A stretch of DNA of 64,000 nucleotides, from positions 7,006,001 to 7,070,000 of the forward strand of contig JAWMAR010000070.1 in the NCBI GenBank assembly GCA_036785375.1. The letters are read 5' to 3'. How positions within the stretch are numbered: position 1 is the stretch's first letter; each line of letters starts with the position of its first letter. Origin of the DNA: Leucoraja ocellata. Taxonomy: Eukaryota. This document shows, piece after piece, positions 38,140-50,400 of the stretch. The notes under the pieces are model-generated. The model saw nothing but the letters and a program-made list of their open reading frames with translations. It made no database searches and had not been told where the DNA came from. The position numbers and the translations under genes were made by a program.

Positions 38140-38439
38140 CCCCAACCATAGACTGATTACCCTCCTCCCGTGCGGGAGGCGCTACAGGTCTCTCCGTTGC
38201 TGAACCAGCAGGTCCAGGAACAGCTTCTTCCCTGCGGCTGTTACATTACTCAACACTGTACCTCGGTGATTGCCCCCGGACACTCATCCACCAGATAAAA
38301 ATTGCATTACTACGACTGTATGCACGTATATTTATTTATTGCTCATATTCTATGTCGCTCTTCTAGGGAGATGCTAACTGCATTTTGTTATCTCTGTACT
38401 GTACACTGCACAATGACAATAATGTTTGCATCTGAATCT

Positions 38440-38555
38440 GAATATGAATAAGCTGCCCAAGTGAAATTTGAGTGCTATCCCTCCAATTTGCACTTGGCCT
38501 CACTCTGACAGTGGAGGCGGCCCAGGACAGAAAGGTCAGTGTAGGAATGGGGGGA
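38440..38555 (-). mobile_element. Old Penelope GIY-YIG C-terminal remnant
   Basis: On - reads TDLSVLGRLHCQSEAKCKLE, homologous to SDLSVLGLLHGHSEQHRKLEE of the intact Penelope copies. Confidence 0.6.
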
Positions 38556-39108
38556 GTCCGTGGTGAATCATTGGGAGGTTTCTCTCTATTTTCAGCCATG
38601 TCAATACATGACATTTCCCATGATGAGAAGTGGACCAAATGCAGGTATATGTCCCGGCATCTTTCTCTTGTACCCCCCACAGGACCAACGAGGCGTCCCG
38701 ATTTGTGAATAAATCGTTATTCACGAACTTCCAGTTGGGATACGATCCCTTATATCCCACTGAAAACCAACTGTGATATGTTGCAATGGCAACACCGTCT
38801 TTTTTCCATGTGACGAGGGTAGGTTTACTGTAATTCTTGGATAGTTTACAGGGCAGCGTAATAGAACCACTCGGAGACACAACGGCAACCTGCAGACTAA
38901 TGATTAAAGGGTGATCACCAGCAGAGTCTGGCTTGTCCGTGCATCTGGGAAGCTGTTCATTGTTGACTTGCCAATACGCCCGTGCGTTCCGCCCGGCCAA
39001 GTTTGGTTCCTCTCCCCATTCTCTGGAGATCGGACCTGTTCCAGTTGCGGAGACTTGCCACACCATCTCCACAAGGACCATGAATCCTATCCATCTCTGC
39101 AGTCCCAT
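38536..39108 (-). CDS. Secreted single V-set Ig-domain protein, copy 4 (190 aa, extended C-terminus)
   Basis: Same leader (RNARAYWQV variant). GSITLPC...VTW...DASLVLWGV..KDAGTYTC. The tail and stop run into a Penelope-like remnant. Confidence 0.8.
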   Translation of the reverse strand: MGLQRWIGFMVLVEMVWQVSATGTGPISREWGEEPNLAGRNARAYWQVNNEQLPRCTDKPDSAGDHPLIISLQVAVVSPSGSITLPCKLSKNYSKPTLVTWKKDGVAIATYHSWFSVGYKGSYPNWKFVNNDLFTNRDASLVLWGVQEKDAGTYTCIWSTSHHGKCHVLTWLKIERNLPMIHHGLPPFLH

Positions 39109-39689
39109 GTTCCTGTGGGTGAAACAATGGGTCACCTTATTGCAACTCAGTAGGATTCATGATGACATTCCCTGAACCCGCCCAGAGTTGGGGAATCGAG
39201 AACCAGAGGACATCGGTTTAAGGCGAGGGGGGGGGGAAAGATTTAATGGAAAACTGAGGGGTGACTTTTTTACACAAAGGGTGGAGGGTGTTTGGAACGA
39301 GCTGCCAGAAGAGGTAGTTGAAGCAGGTACTATCACAATGATTAAGAAACAGTTAGACAGGTACATTGATAGGACAGGATTAGAGGGGTAAGGGCCAAAC
39401 GCAGGCAGGTGGGTCTAGTATTGATGGGGACACGTTGGTGGGCGCGGGCAAGTTGGGCCGAAGGTCTCGCTGTGACTTTATGACTCCATCACTTGTCCCA
39501 CCCCGGTCATTCCTCCTTCTCCCTGGTCCTGTCTAGCAGAAGGTACAGAAGCTTGAAAGCGCGCACCACCAGACTCAGGAACAGCTTCTTCCCCTCTGCT
39601 ATCAGGCTTCTGAACTGGGGGAACAGTGAACAGAGACAATCCCACCCCCATCACTCACAGACACTTGAAGGATCCACAGGGTTGGTTAC

Positions 39690-39992
39690 CAGCTCCGGAG
39701 TCTCCACACAGGGTGACGGGGTCGGTCTTGTTCTCATCTCCTGCCATCGCTCGCTCCTTTTATACCGACTCCCGGCTTCTCCTGCCCCTCATTGTCTGCC
39801 CTCACGTACATTCAACCAATCACTGCCTCCCACGGAGCATTGGCCGGAGTCAGCCGCGACCTCTCCACCCTCTGCCAAACGTGTCGTTGCATCAGCCGTT
39901 AACGTTTAACAAGAACAACGTCATCCCAGCTGCCAGCGGCCAACCAGGCGCCCCACACATCCTGCTTGTGTCTCCACCACGTCTCGTTCTGG
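39690..39992 (-). promoter_or_regulatory. Promoter/exon 1 of Ig copy 4, divergent from the chitinase promoter
   Basis: Same block; TATAAAA on - at 39764-39758. Confidence 0.6.
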
Positions 39993-40369
39993 CCACCTAC
40001 CCGCTCCACTGTAATTGAGAAGACGATGTAACATAGAACATGGAATAGTGCAGCACAGGTACAGGCCCTTCGGCCCACAATGTCCGTGTTGAACATGATG
40101 TTGACCATGATGCCAAGAAGTTAAACTAATCTCTTCAGCCTGCATGTAATCCACTAGTGGGGGAGTCTCGGACAAGAGGTCACAGCCTCAGAATTAAAGG
40201 GTGGTCGTTTAAGAAGGAGATGAAGAGGAATTTCTTTAGTAAGAATGTGGTGAATCTGTGGAATTCATTCCCACGGAAGGCTGTCTGTGGAGGCCAAGTC
40301 GACGGATATTTTTAATGCAGAGATGGATAGATTGTTGATTTGTACAGGTGTCAGAGCTTATGGGGAGAA

Positions 40370-41118
40370 TGTAGATTATTATCTGAATGTTGTCAGATTA
40401 GGAAAAGGGAATATGCAATGAGACCTCGGTGTGCTTGTACACCAGTCACTAAAAATAAACATGCAGGTACAGCAGGCAGTGAAGAAAGCAAATGGCATGT
40501 TGGCCTTCATAGTGAGAGGATTTGTGAAGCGGGGCAAGGAGGTCCTACTGCAGTTGTATAGGGCCATGGTAAGACCACACCAGCAGTTTTGGTCTTGTAA
40601 TTTGAGGAAGGGCATTCTTGCTATTGAGGGAATGCAGCGAAGGTTCACCAGGTTAATTCCTGGGATGGCGAGACTGTCATATGATGAAAGAATGGGTCGA
40701 CTGGGCTGATATTCACTGGAATTCAGAAGAATGAGAGGGGATCTTACAGAAACATACAAAATTCTTAAGGGATTGGACAGGCAAGATGCAGAAAAAATGT
40801 CCCCGATGTTGGGGGAATCCAGAACCACGGGTCACAGTTTAAGAATAAAGGGTAGGTCATTTAGGGCTGAAATGAGGAAAAACATTTTCACCCAGAGTTA
40901 TGAATCTGTGGAATTCTATGCCTCAGAAGGCAGTGGAGGCCAATTCACTGGATGTTTTCAAGAGAGAGTTAGCTCATAGGGCTAATGGAATCAAGGGATA
41001 TGGGGAGAAAGCAGGAACAGGGTACTAATTGTGGACAAATAGCTATGATCATAATTGAATGGCGGTGCTGGCTAAATGCCCTACTCCTGCGCCTACTTTC
41101 CATGTTTCTACGTTTCTA
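40370..41118 (+). mobile_element. Degenerate CR1 3' fragment
   Basis: QVQQAVKKANGMLAFI...RGDLTETYKIL, stops and frameshifts, tttcta tail. Confidence 0.8.
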
Positions 41119-41284
41119 AGTCATTTCCAATCAAGCTCAGAAACAGAGAGGTGAAAATGAAGGTGAACAATCTGAATGACATTGAACAGGGGACGAGGTA
41201 TTATTGAAGAGAAAATATTGAAGTCAAGATAAGAACTATTATTTTCCCTTTGTAAATAGCAGGAGGATCATCGTGACTGCCCTT

Positions 41285-41384
41285 TCACTCTGATAAAGGG
41301 AACGACAAACACATTGGATTATTGTTCGTGATAAGCTCATTGTATAAAAGAGGCAGCTCAGGTCTAGTCAGCAACAGTAACAAG
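41285..41384 (+). promoter_or_regulatory. Chitinase core promoter
   Basis: TATAAAA at 41343-41349; two TGATAA (GATA) motifs at 41291 and 41329; ATTGG at 41313. Confidence 0.7.
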
Positions 41385-41409
41385 ATGGCAAAGCTACTTC
41401 TTGGAACAG
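41385..41409 (+). CDS. chia: Chitinase coding exon 1 (signal peptide)
   Basis: ATG GCA AAG CTA CTT CTT GGA ACA G/gtaaga, about 40 nt after TATAAAA. Confidence 0.85.
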
Positions 41410-44400
41410 GTAAGAGCCTTTTGTTGTTTAATTCCTTTTGATATTGGAATGCTTTTTGAAAGAATCAGGTTTAGACATTAAATGATGAGAACAGGTTAAA
41501 TTGTTTCTCAAGTTTTATTATAAAGGTGTCTGAAGGGTCTCGACTCTATCTAACCTTAATCTCCGGAGATGCTGCCTGACCCGCTGTGATACTCCAGCAC
41601 GTTGTGAAATATCACCTATCCATGTTCTCCATAGATGCTGCCTGACCCGCTGAGTTACTCCAGCACTCTGTGAAACGTCACCTATCCATGTTCTCCACAG
41701 ATGCTGCCTGACCCGCTGAGTTACTCCAGCACTCTGTGAAACGTCACCTATCCATGTTCTCCACAGATGCTGCCTGACCCACTGAGTTATGGTGCAGCAG
41801 CATCTATGGAGCTAAGGAAATAGGCAACGTTTTGGGCAGAAACCCTTCTGGAAATAGGCAACGTTTCGGGCCGAAACCCGGAAGGGTTTCGGCCCGAAAT
41901 GTTGCCTATTTCCTTAGCTCCATAAATGCTGCCTGACCCGCTGAGTTACTCCAGCACTCTGTGAAACGTCACCTATCCATGTTCTCCACAGATGCTGCCT
42001 GACCCGCTGTGATACTCCAGCGCTTTGTTTCTATCTTTGGTGTAAATCAACTTCTGCAGTTCGTAGTTTCTTAATATTTTGTATTTTCCAACGGACCCGA
42101 AACGTCACCCATTCCTTCTCTCCGGAGAAGTTGCCTGACCTGCTGAATTACTCCAGCTCTCTGTGAAAATCTTCAGAGACATTTAGAAAATCACGAGGGG
42201 CAGAGATATGAAGGATGGTCTCTGCCTTTCCCCAGGGAAGGGGAGTCTAAAACTACAGGGCATTGACACTGAATGTGAGAGGGCAAAGATTTAAAGGTGA
42301 ATCCAGGGGCAACTGGGACAAGCTTAGATGGGGCATTTGATCAGCATGGACAAATTGGGCCAAAGGGCCTGTTTCTGCGTTGTGTGACTATGACTATGAC
42401 TCTAACCTGTTGCCCAGAGGGTGGTGAGTATATGGAACGATCTGCCAGAGGAGGCAGATGAGGCAAGTATAATAACATTTAAAAGATATTTGGATGAGTA
42501 CATGGATAGGAAAGGTTTAGTTTAGAGATACAGTATGGAAACAAGGCCCTTCGGCCCATCGAGTTCACGCCGACCATTGTTCAGCCTTTCACACTATTTC
42601 CATGTTATCCCACTTATCCAACGACTCCCTACACACGAGGAGCAATTTTACAGAGGGACAATTAACCTTCAACCCCTCACATCTTTGGGATTTGGGAGGA
42701 AACCAGAGCTCCTGGAGAAAACCCACTTGGTCACAGGGGGAGGGAGTTAAGAGTGTTATTCTCATATGTACCAGAAACAGAACAATCAAATTTATACTAG
42801 AATAGCAAGCATAACAGGGTTGATGTACAAATTCCACACACGTTCAACACCCATAGTCAAGATCAAACCTGGGTCTCTGGCGCTGTGAGGCAGCAACTCT
42901 ACCACTGCTCCACCGTGCCGCCCACAAGATAGATCTTCATAGTTTCCCAACCACTTACATAACAGTGTCATTGTGTAGAGGCCGTAATACAGCCAAGGTT
43001 TCATAATTTCATACGTGCTAGGAGCAGAATTAGGCCATTCGGCCCATCAAGTGCACTCTAGCCACACAATCATGGCTGATCTACCTTTCCCTCTCAACCC
43101 CATTCTCCTGTCTTCTCCCCGTAACACCTGATTTATTACGGTTTGACATAATCCTAACACGCTGTTCTCTGTTTTCTGTTCCAGCGGTGGTCTTACTGGC
43201 CTGCCTGCAACTGGGTGAGTCTTTGTGCATTTGCAGCCTTGCTTTGCTTTGCTTTGTGTGAGTGCCACAGAGACATTGTCCTGACCACCCTGTCTCTCCC
43301 TTGCCCAGGCTCTGCCTACAGGCTGGTGTGTTACTTCACCAACTGGGCACAGTACAGACCAGGAGAGGGTAAATACATGCCCCAGAGCGTGGACCCTTGC
43401 CTCTGCACGCACATCATCTACGCCTTCGCTGGAATGAAGAGCAATCAGATCGCCACCTACGAATGGAACGACCCAAAACTCTACCAGGAGATCAACAGCC
43501 TGAAGAACAAGTACAGTTGCTGAATAAGTACTAACGCCTCTGTCCCACTTTCCCGAGTTACTCACGAATTCTCCCGAGTTTTCCCCGTTTATTCAAACTC
43601 AGACAATGTCCGTAGCGAGTCCGTAGAGCCGTAGGTACTCGGGGCATCAGGTAAGTCGGGACGTTTTTTCAGCATGTTGAAAGATGTCCACGAGTAAACA
43701 AAAATATCCCCGAATACCATCGGCTGGCATCTCCGAGTTTGAATCAAGGGGAAAACTCGGGAGAATTCGGGAGTAACTCGGGAAAGTGGGACGGGCTTAA
43801 CCTTGTTTCTCAAATGCCGGGCAATGTTGCGATGTTTACATTGTCCAGTTTAGTTCATTGTCACCTGTACTGATACAGTGAAACGTTTTTGTTGCTTGCT
43901 AACCAGTCACTGTATTGGATATTCCCCAAATCCATATTCCATAACCCATATTCCACAGTTAATTTAGTTTAGTTTATTATTGTCACGTGTACCATGGTAC
44001 AACAAAAAGCTTTTTGTTGCGTGCTAACTAGTCGGCGGAAATACTGTACATGGTTACAATCAGGCCTTCCACACTGTACAGACACAGGGTCAAGGGTATA
44101 ATGTTTAGTGCAAGATAAAGTCCAATGACGTCTGATTAAATATAGTCCGAGGGTCTCCAATGAGGTAGATGGGAGGCCAGGGCTGCTCTCTAGTTGGTGA
44201 GAGGACGGTTCAGTGGGATAAGCCCACCGTATGGGTTAGGTGATGCCTAACTTCTCAGAGACAGCTTGGTGGAGACAAATTGCCCTGCTGATTTGGGTCT
44301 GATTGGGTTAAATTTAACCATGAATATTCCCTGGTGCTTGCTGCAAGCGAAGGGACATCCAGTGTTTAATGAACAGTCCATTTCAAACTCTTCGAAATGG

Positions 44401-47400
44401 TCGATCTAAGTGAACAAGTCGTTTGGAAGCTTATGTGGCAAGAATCCACCTGTTGTATGTACCGGGTGGCACAGTGTCGCAGCGGGTAGAGCCACTGCCT
44501 CACCGCGCCAGAGACCTGGGTTCGTTCCTGACCTCGGGCACTGTTTGTGTGGAGTTTGCACGTTCGCCATAAGACAGTGAGGGTTTTCTCTGGATTACCG
44601 GTTTTCTCCCACATTCCAAAGGGTTTCCAGGTTAATTGGCCTCTACAATTTGCCCCAAGTGCATAGGGAGTGGATGAGAAAGTGGGATGAAATAGCACTG
44701 GTGTGAACGGGTGATCGATGGTCAGCGGGGTCTTTGACATGACCCTGTTACACATCCATTTGTTGAAGGTTTTCTCATCTCATCCACCTCCCCTGTCTGA
44801 AAGGTGACTTGGTTTAGGGGGATATTCAGGAGAAAGCTATTGGACAGGCCAACAGAATCATTGTCATAGATTGAGGAAATAGGCCCTTCAGCCCAGAGTG
44901 AGACTGGCCCATTGCTTATGAAGCCTTCTTGCATAAACTTGCACCTAATTTTCTGTGACGCCCTTGAGATCCAGACTAAGGTAAATCCCCTCAACTAAAC
45001 GTAACACCAAAGGGGCGAAAAAAAACAGAAGATCCAGAAGTTCCTGAGCAGTTCTGAAAATGTTTTGTTGTTCTAAACATCATTCTAAAACCACATTTTG
45101 TCTATTTTTTTAAGGAATTCAAACCTCAAGACTCTGCTGTCCATTGGAGGCTGGAACTTTGGCACCCAGAAGTAAGATGGAAACTTTTACATTAGCATTA
45201 GATTAAAAAAAGTTATTTTCCAATTGACTGTGATATGGAATTAATATTGAAAGACACAAAGTGCTGGAGTAACTCCTCAGTAACTCAGCCTGAAGAAGGG
45301 GCTTGACCCGAATCGTCACCTATCCAAGTTCTCTAGAGATGCTGCCTGACCCTCTGATTTACTCCAGCACTTTGTGTCTTTTCTTTTTGTAAACCAGCAC
45401 CTGCAGTTCGATGTGCCCGACGTAAACAGTGGGTGTGTTTGGTAATTTTGCCATAAATGCCATTTGTGCCGTTTCATGCCTTTTTTGATAATTTTACCAA
45501 GATGCCTTTTTCACGATCGAGCCTTTTTTTGCTGTTTTGCTAAAAGGTCATGCTATTTTGTCTAGTTGTACCATGATTACAATGACATTTTCTATATTAA
45601 CAAGTTAATACTAATGTTATTATTAAAGTGTTAAAATAGTATAAATTACAAGAAGATTTTCACCACCGGGATGAAACTGGGGGCGCCACTGTCATTCGTG
45701 CCGCTGCCTGCTGGTTCAGTCTTCCCCAACATCTATTCATTGCTTCCAATTTTGCAAACTTCCCACAAGCTACCACTTCCCTTGAGAAAGGTGGTGAAAC
45801 GTTAGTGAATAACTTGCAGGTTTTCCACAAAGTAACTGACGATATTCGTAAATGTGGCGATGTAGGTAAAGACATACAAGGAAATTATGAGAGAGTGATT
45901 TTACCTAACAAAGATCATGAAGAAATACAAAACATAGCTAAAGTTCTCAAAGGTAATTGTAATGCACAAGGTATCGACGTGAATATAGAGTCTGTAGCTT
46001 GTTTCTGGTATGCACCAGTGACCTCAGCTGGGGTACAAATAAGTTTTTCACAACTGAAGAATATTCTGTCTGACAGACGGCATAGTTTAACACCAGATAA
46101 TTTGAAAAAATGCTAGTAATTATGTGCAACCAGGCAACTTTGGTCATTTAATGTACTATAACCTTATATTATCATTTTTAACCATATTTTGGTGGTGGAA
46201 ATACATGCCTTTTTATGTCAATAAATGCCTTTTACGTGCCTTCTTTGTAGTTTTATTATGCCTTTTTGCCTGCCTATTTCAGTTTTTTAGTGGCTAAACA
46301 TCCTGTAATGATATACACAGAGATAAATATCGAGGGGATAAGTTTGCAGTGAACTGTTTCAGGAGTATTATTAAACAGAGCAGTTTGCAAATTGTAATTT
46401 GAACAATATAGGATATTGCTTGCCAAAAAGTAAAATAACATAATTTTACGAAAGAATCCTTTCAATAGTGTGTGGCACAGCGGTAGAGTTGCTGCCTTAT
46501 TGCGCTTACAGCACAAGAGACCCAGGTTCGATCCTGACTACGGGTGCTGTCTGTACGGAGTTTGTACGTTCTCCCTGTGACCTCCTGGGTTTTCTCAGAG
46601 ATATTCAGTTTGCTCCCACACTCCAAAGACGTACAAATTTGTAGGTTAATTGGATGTTATAAATGTAAATTGTCCCTTGTGTGTGTAGGATAGTGTTAGT
46701 GAGCGGAGATCGCTGGTCGGTGCAGAGTGGGGGGGGCCGAAGGGCATGTTTCCACGCCGTATCTCTGAACTAAACGTCATTTTCAGAAATAATAATTTCA
46801 CATGAAACTTCGGAGAATAGCAGGAGAAAGGAGTAATTTTTTAACCACGAACATTTAATGAAGGCGAGGGTGAATCTGTACATGATAGGATATAACAGCA
46901 GATTCACTGGGTCACTGAGTACAGCGGCCGTTACTACAGTTCCTTGTGTCTCCGGCACATTTAATTTCTAACTCCTCTCCCCACATCCATCCCTCCTGCA
47001 GATTCACCGCGATGGTCGCCTCATCAGGAACTCGGCAAATCTTCATCAAGTCAGTCATCGCCTTCCTGAGAGGGTACGGCTTTGACGGTCTGGACATCGA
47101 CTGGGAATATCCTGGATCTCGAGGAAGTCCTCCCGTTGACAAGCATCTCTACACTGTCCTGGCTCAGGTGCGGTCAAGTACATCTCACTATGAGTTTCTT
47201 TAAAATAAATGGGCCAAACTCAGGCCAAACCTATCCTTTATCTCCACAGATGCTGCCTGACCCGCTGAGTTCTCCAGCACTCTGTGAAACGTCACCTATC
47301 CATGTTCTCCACAGATGCTGCCTGACCCGCTGAGTTACTCCAGCACTTTGTGGGACTAGTGTAGATGGGACATATTGGTCGGTGTGGGCAGGTTGGGCCA

Positions 47401-50400
47401 AAAAGTCTGTTTCCACGCTGCATAACTCTATGACTTGAAAATGTATCCAATAAATGTAACCTTATTGTCAAGATCACCAAGGACAGATTTTCACAAAAGA
47501 TTTTAAGAATTCAGAAATTAAGAATTTAATAAAGTTTGAACCAAGCACCATTTTGAGTGGGGATTAAAAGGTTTCTTCCCCACTCTTGGTTGACACGGTG
47601 GTGCAGCGGTAGAGTTGCTGCCCCACAGCACCAGAGACGCGGGATCGATCCTGACCATGGATGCTGTCTGTACGGAGTTTATACGTTCTCCCTGTGACCT
47701 CAGGTGCTATTGATTCCTCCCACACTCCAAATATGTGTGGGTTTGTAGGTTAATTGGCTTCAGTAAATTGTCCCAAGTATGTAGGATATAACTACAGTGA
47801 AAGGGTAATCGCTGATCGGCATGGACTCGATGGACTCGATGGGCCTGTTTCCAAGCTGCATCTCTAAACCAAACTGAACTAAAATCGAAATTGACACAAA
47901 GTGTTGGAGTAACTCAGCGGGTCAGGCAGCATCTCTGAGGAAAGAGGATAGGCGATGCTTTGGGTCGGGACCCTTTCTAAGACGAGACTTGACCTCTTGC
48001 TAAAGGAGCCCTCGATCTCTCTGACCCACAGGAGCTGATGGCTGCCTTCGAGGCCGAAGGGAAAAGCGCAGGAAAGCCACGACTGCTGCTCTCGGCTGCC
48101 GTTGCTGGTGGGATGAGCAACATCGATACTGGCTACGAGGTTCCTCAGCTCAGCCAGTGAGTGTCCTTCCACATGCAAAGAAACCCAACTTTTCCTGTGG
48201 GCGTTTAGCGAGTTTGACGTCGTATTTGAACTAGTTTTTCATGGCTCCACAATTTCAATGGTGGGAGCTTCCAGCATGGTGATTGAGATCCATCCACAAC
48301 CCTAATGCATTCAATGCCTTCATCAGTCGGGGCATTGAGTGTGAGATTCAGGAAGCCAACTTGCAGCTCTGTAGGTCTTTAGCCAGGAGGCATTTAGAGC
48401 ATTGCGTGCAGGTCTGGTCGTCTCCATTACAGGAAGCATGTGGAGGCTTTAGAGACGGTTCAGAGGAGAGTTACCAGAGCGCTGCTTGGATTAGAGGGGA
48501 TTAGCTACAGGGAGAGGTTCGACAAATTTACAATGTTTCCTCTGGAACGTCAGAGGTTGAGGAGAGACTTGATAGAAATTTATAAAATCACTAGAGGCAT
48601 AGATAGTGTAGACAGTCAGAACCTGCTGGGGTGGTGGTTGAAACAGATACGTTAATGGCATTTAAAAGACCTTTAGATAGGCACATGATCATGCCAGGCA
48701 TGGAGGGATGTTGGTGATATGCAGGTAGATAAGTGATGGACTTGGCATCATGTTCAAGTTTAAAGGAGATATGCATGTTTTTTTTTTACAGAGATAGTGG
48801 TGGGTGCCTGGAACGCGCTGCCAGGGGTGGTGGTGGAGGCAGATACGATAGTGGTGTTTAAGAGGCTTGTAGATATACAAGGAATGGAGGGATATGGATC
48901 ACGTGTAGACAGAGGAGATGAGTTTATCTTGCCGCCATGTTTGGCACGGACATTGTGGGCAGAAGGGCCTGTTCCTGTGTTGTACTGTTCTGCATTCTGA
49001 TGTTAATTTGGTGCATGGAGTATCAGGGTGACCCGTCTCCTCTCTTGCAGGGTAGTTGACTTCTTCAACGTGATGACCTACGATTTCTATGGTCCCTGGA
49101 GCCACGTTACTGGAGAGAACAGCCCCCTCTATGCCCTGCCTAATGACAAGGATTACACCAACACCCACTTCAATGTGGTAAGTGCTCAAGAAAAATAAAT
49201 CCTGCTCAACTTTTTCAACTCCTCTCTCCGAATTAATAAACCCGTTTTGTCAAGTCCATATAACTGGTCCATACACCATGGGGAGCAGACTGTGGAGTTG
49301 CATCACAACTAGGTTTGGGAACAGCTCTGAGCCCAAGACCACAAGAAATTGCAGAGAGTTGTGGATGGAGCCCAGTCCATCACACAGACCACACTCCCCA
49401 CCATTAACTCCATCTACACTTCACGCTTCCTCAGAAAAGCAGCCAACAGAACAAAGACTTGTCCCACCCCAGTCATTTCTCCTTCACCCTGGTCCTGTCT
49501 AGCAAAGGTACAGAAGCTTGGAAGCACGCACCACACCACCAGACTCAGGAACAGCTCCTTCCGCTCTGCTATCAGGCTTCTGAATGGTCCTTCCATAGGC
49601 TAGGGTACTGTCCGATTCACCTCTACCCCATTGCGGACATTGGACTTTGTCTCTGGAACTGATGCACTACGATGCTGAGAACTATATTCTTCACTCTGTA
49701 TCTTCCCCTTTGTTCTACCTATTGTACCCGAGATTGATTTTACTTCGGAGTCACGTGAGTGATTCCGTGAAGAACCCGTTCAGCACGCATGCGCGGCATT
49801 ACGTCCAGCAGAGCAACAGCGGCAGGCGGGAATCGGGCTCTCCCGCTATGGAGGTGAAAGAACGGACCGTCAGGTAAGCTGACGTCGGTTTCCTTCGCAG
49901 GGAGCCTTCTGCTGTCCGGCAGAGAAGAAAGGCTCTGCAACAAACCTGTCCCCCGCTCGACTCCACGGAGGAGCCTTCCTTCAGGGGGGGCAGCTGGAAG
50001 TAACGCAACGGAGGCGTCCAGCCGGTGGCTCCGACTTATCGGACGGGGACGTCTCTCCACCCAGGCGGGGGAGAGACAGCCGCCTGAGTCGCATGGAGCG
50101 GCTCTTGGAGCAGGAGCTTGGGGGTAATAACAAACCGTCGACACCATGTCAGCATCCCTCTGAACATCCACTAAAAAACAGCACTTGTCCAGCATCAAAA
50201 AATGGGAGAAGTACTGCTTGGATACAGGGACCACCTACTCAACCGCTATAGTGACCAACGTACTGGAATTCCTGGCGAACCTTCACCACGATGAAGGACT
50301 TCAGCTACAGAGCCATCAACACAGCTAGAATTGCCCTGCCTGTCTATTTAAAACCAGCTCCAGGACAACAGGCCATGGGGTCCCACCAGCTGGTGGTCAA

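Larger units (their letters stand above)
35210..38260 (+). mobile_element. Rex1/Babar-type LINE interrupted by a solo LTR
   Basis: RT ORF 35387-36091 ([21 protein letters not shown]) ending ...KDCSHP; resumes at 38144 with a RYRSL...RNSFFP-type tail. Confidence 0.82.
1..39992. repeat. Tandem segmental duplication, five units (about 1-10.7k, 10.7-15.9k, 15.9-26.6k, 26.6-32.85k, 32.85-40k)
   Basis: agggtaaatgttgcattattcaag recurs at 1, 15891, 26942 and 33199; same order of LTR-like repeat, SINE, polyA cassette, Ig gene, promoter and GC-rich repeat. Confidence 0.9.

Noticed and set aside
41568-42022. CRISPR-like array
   Set aside because: Eukaryotic context; units are contiguous with no unique spacers and there are no cas genes.
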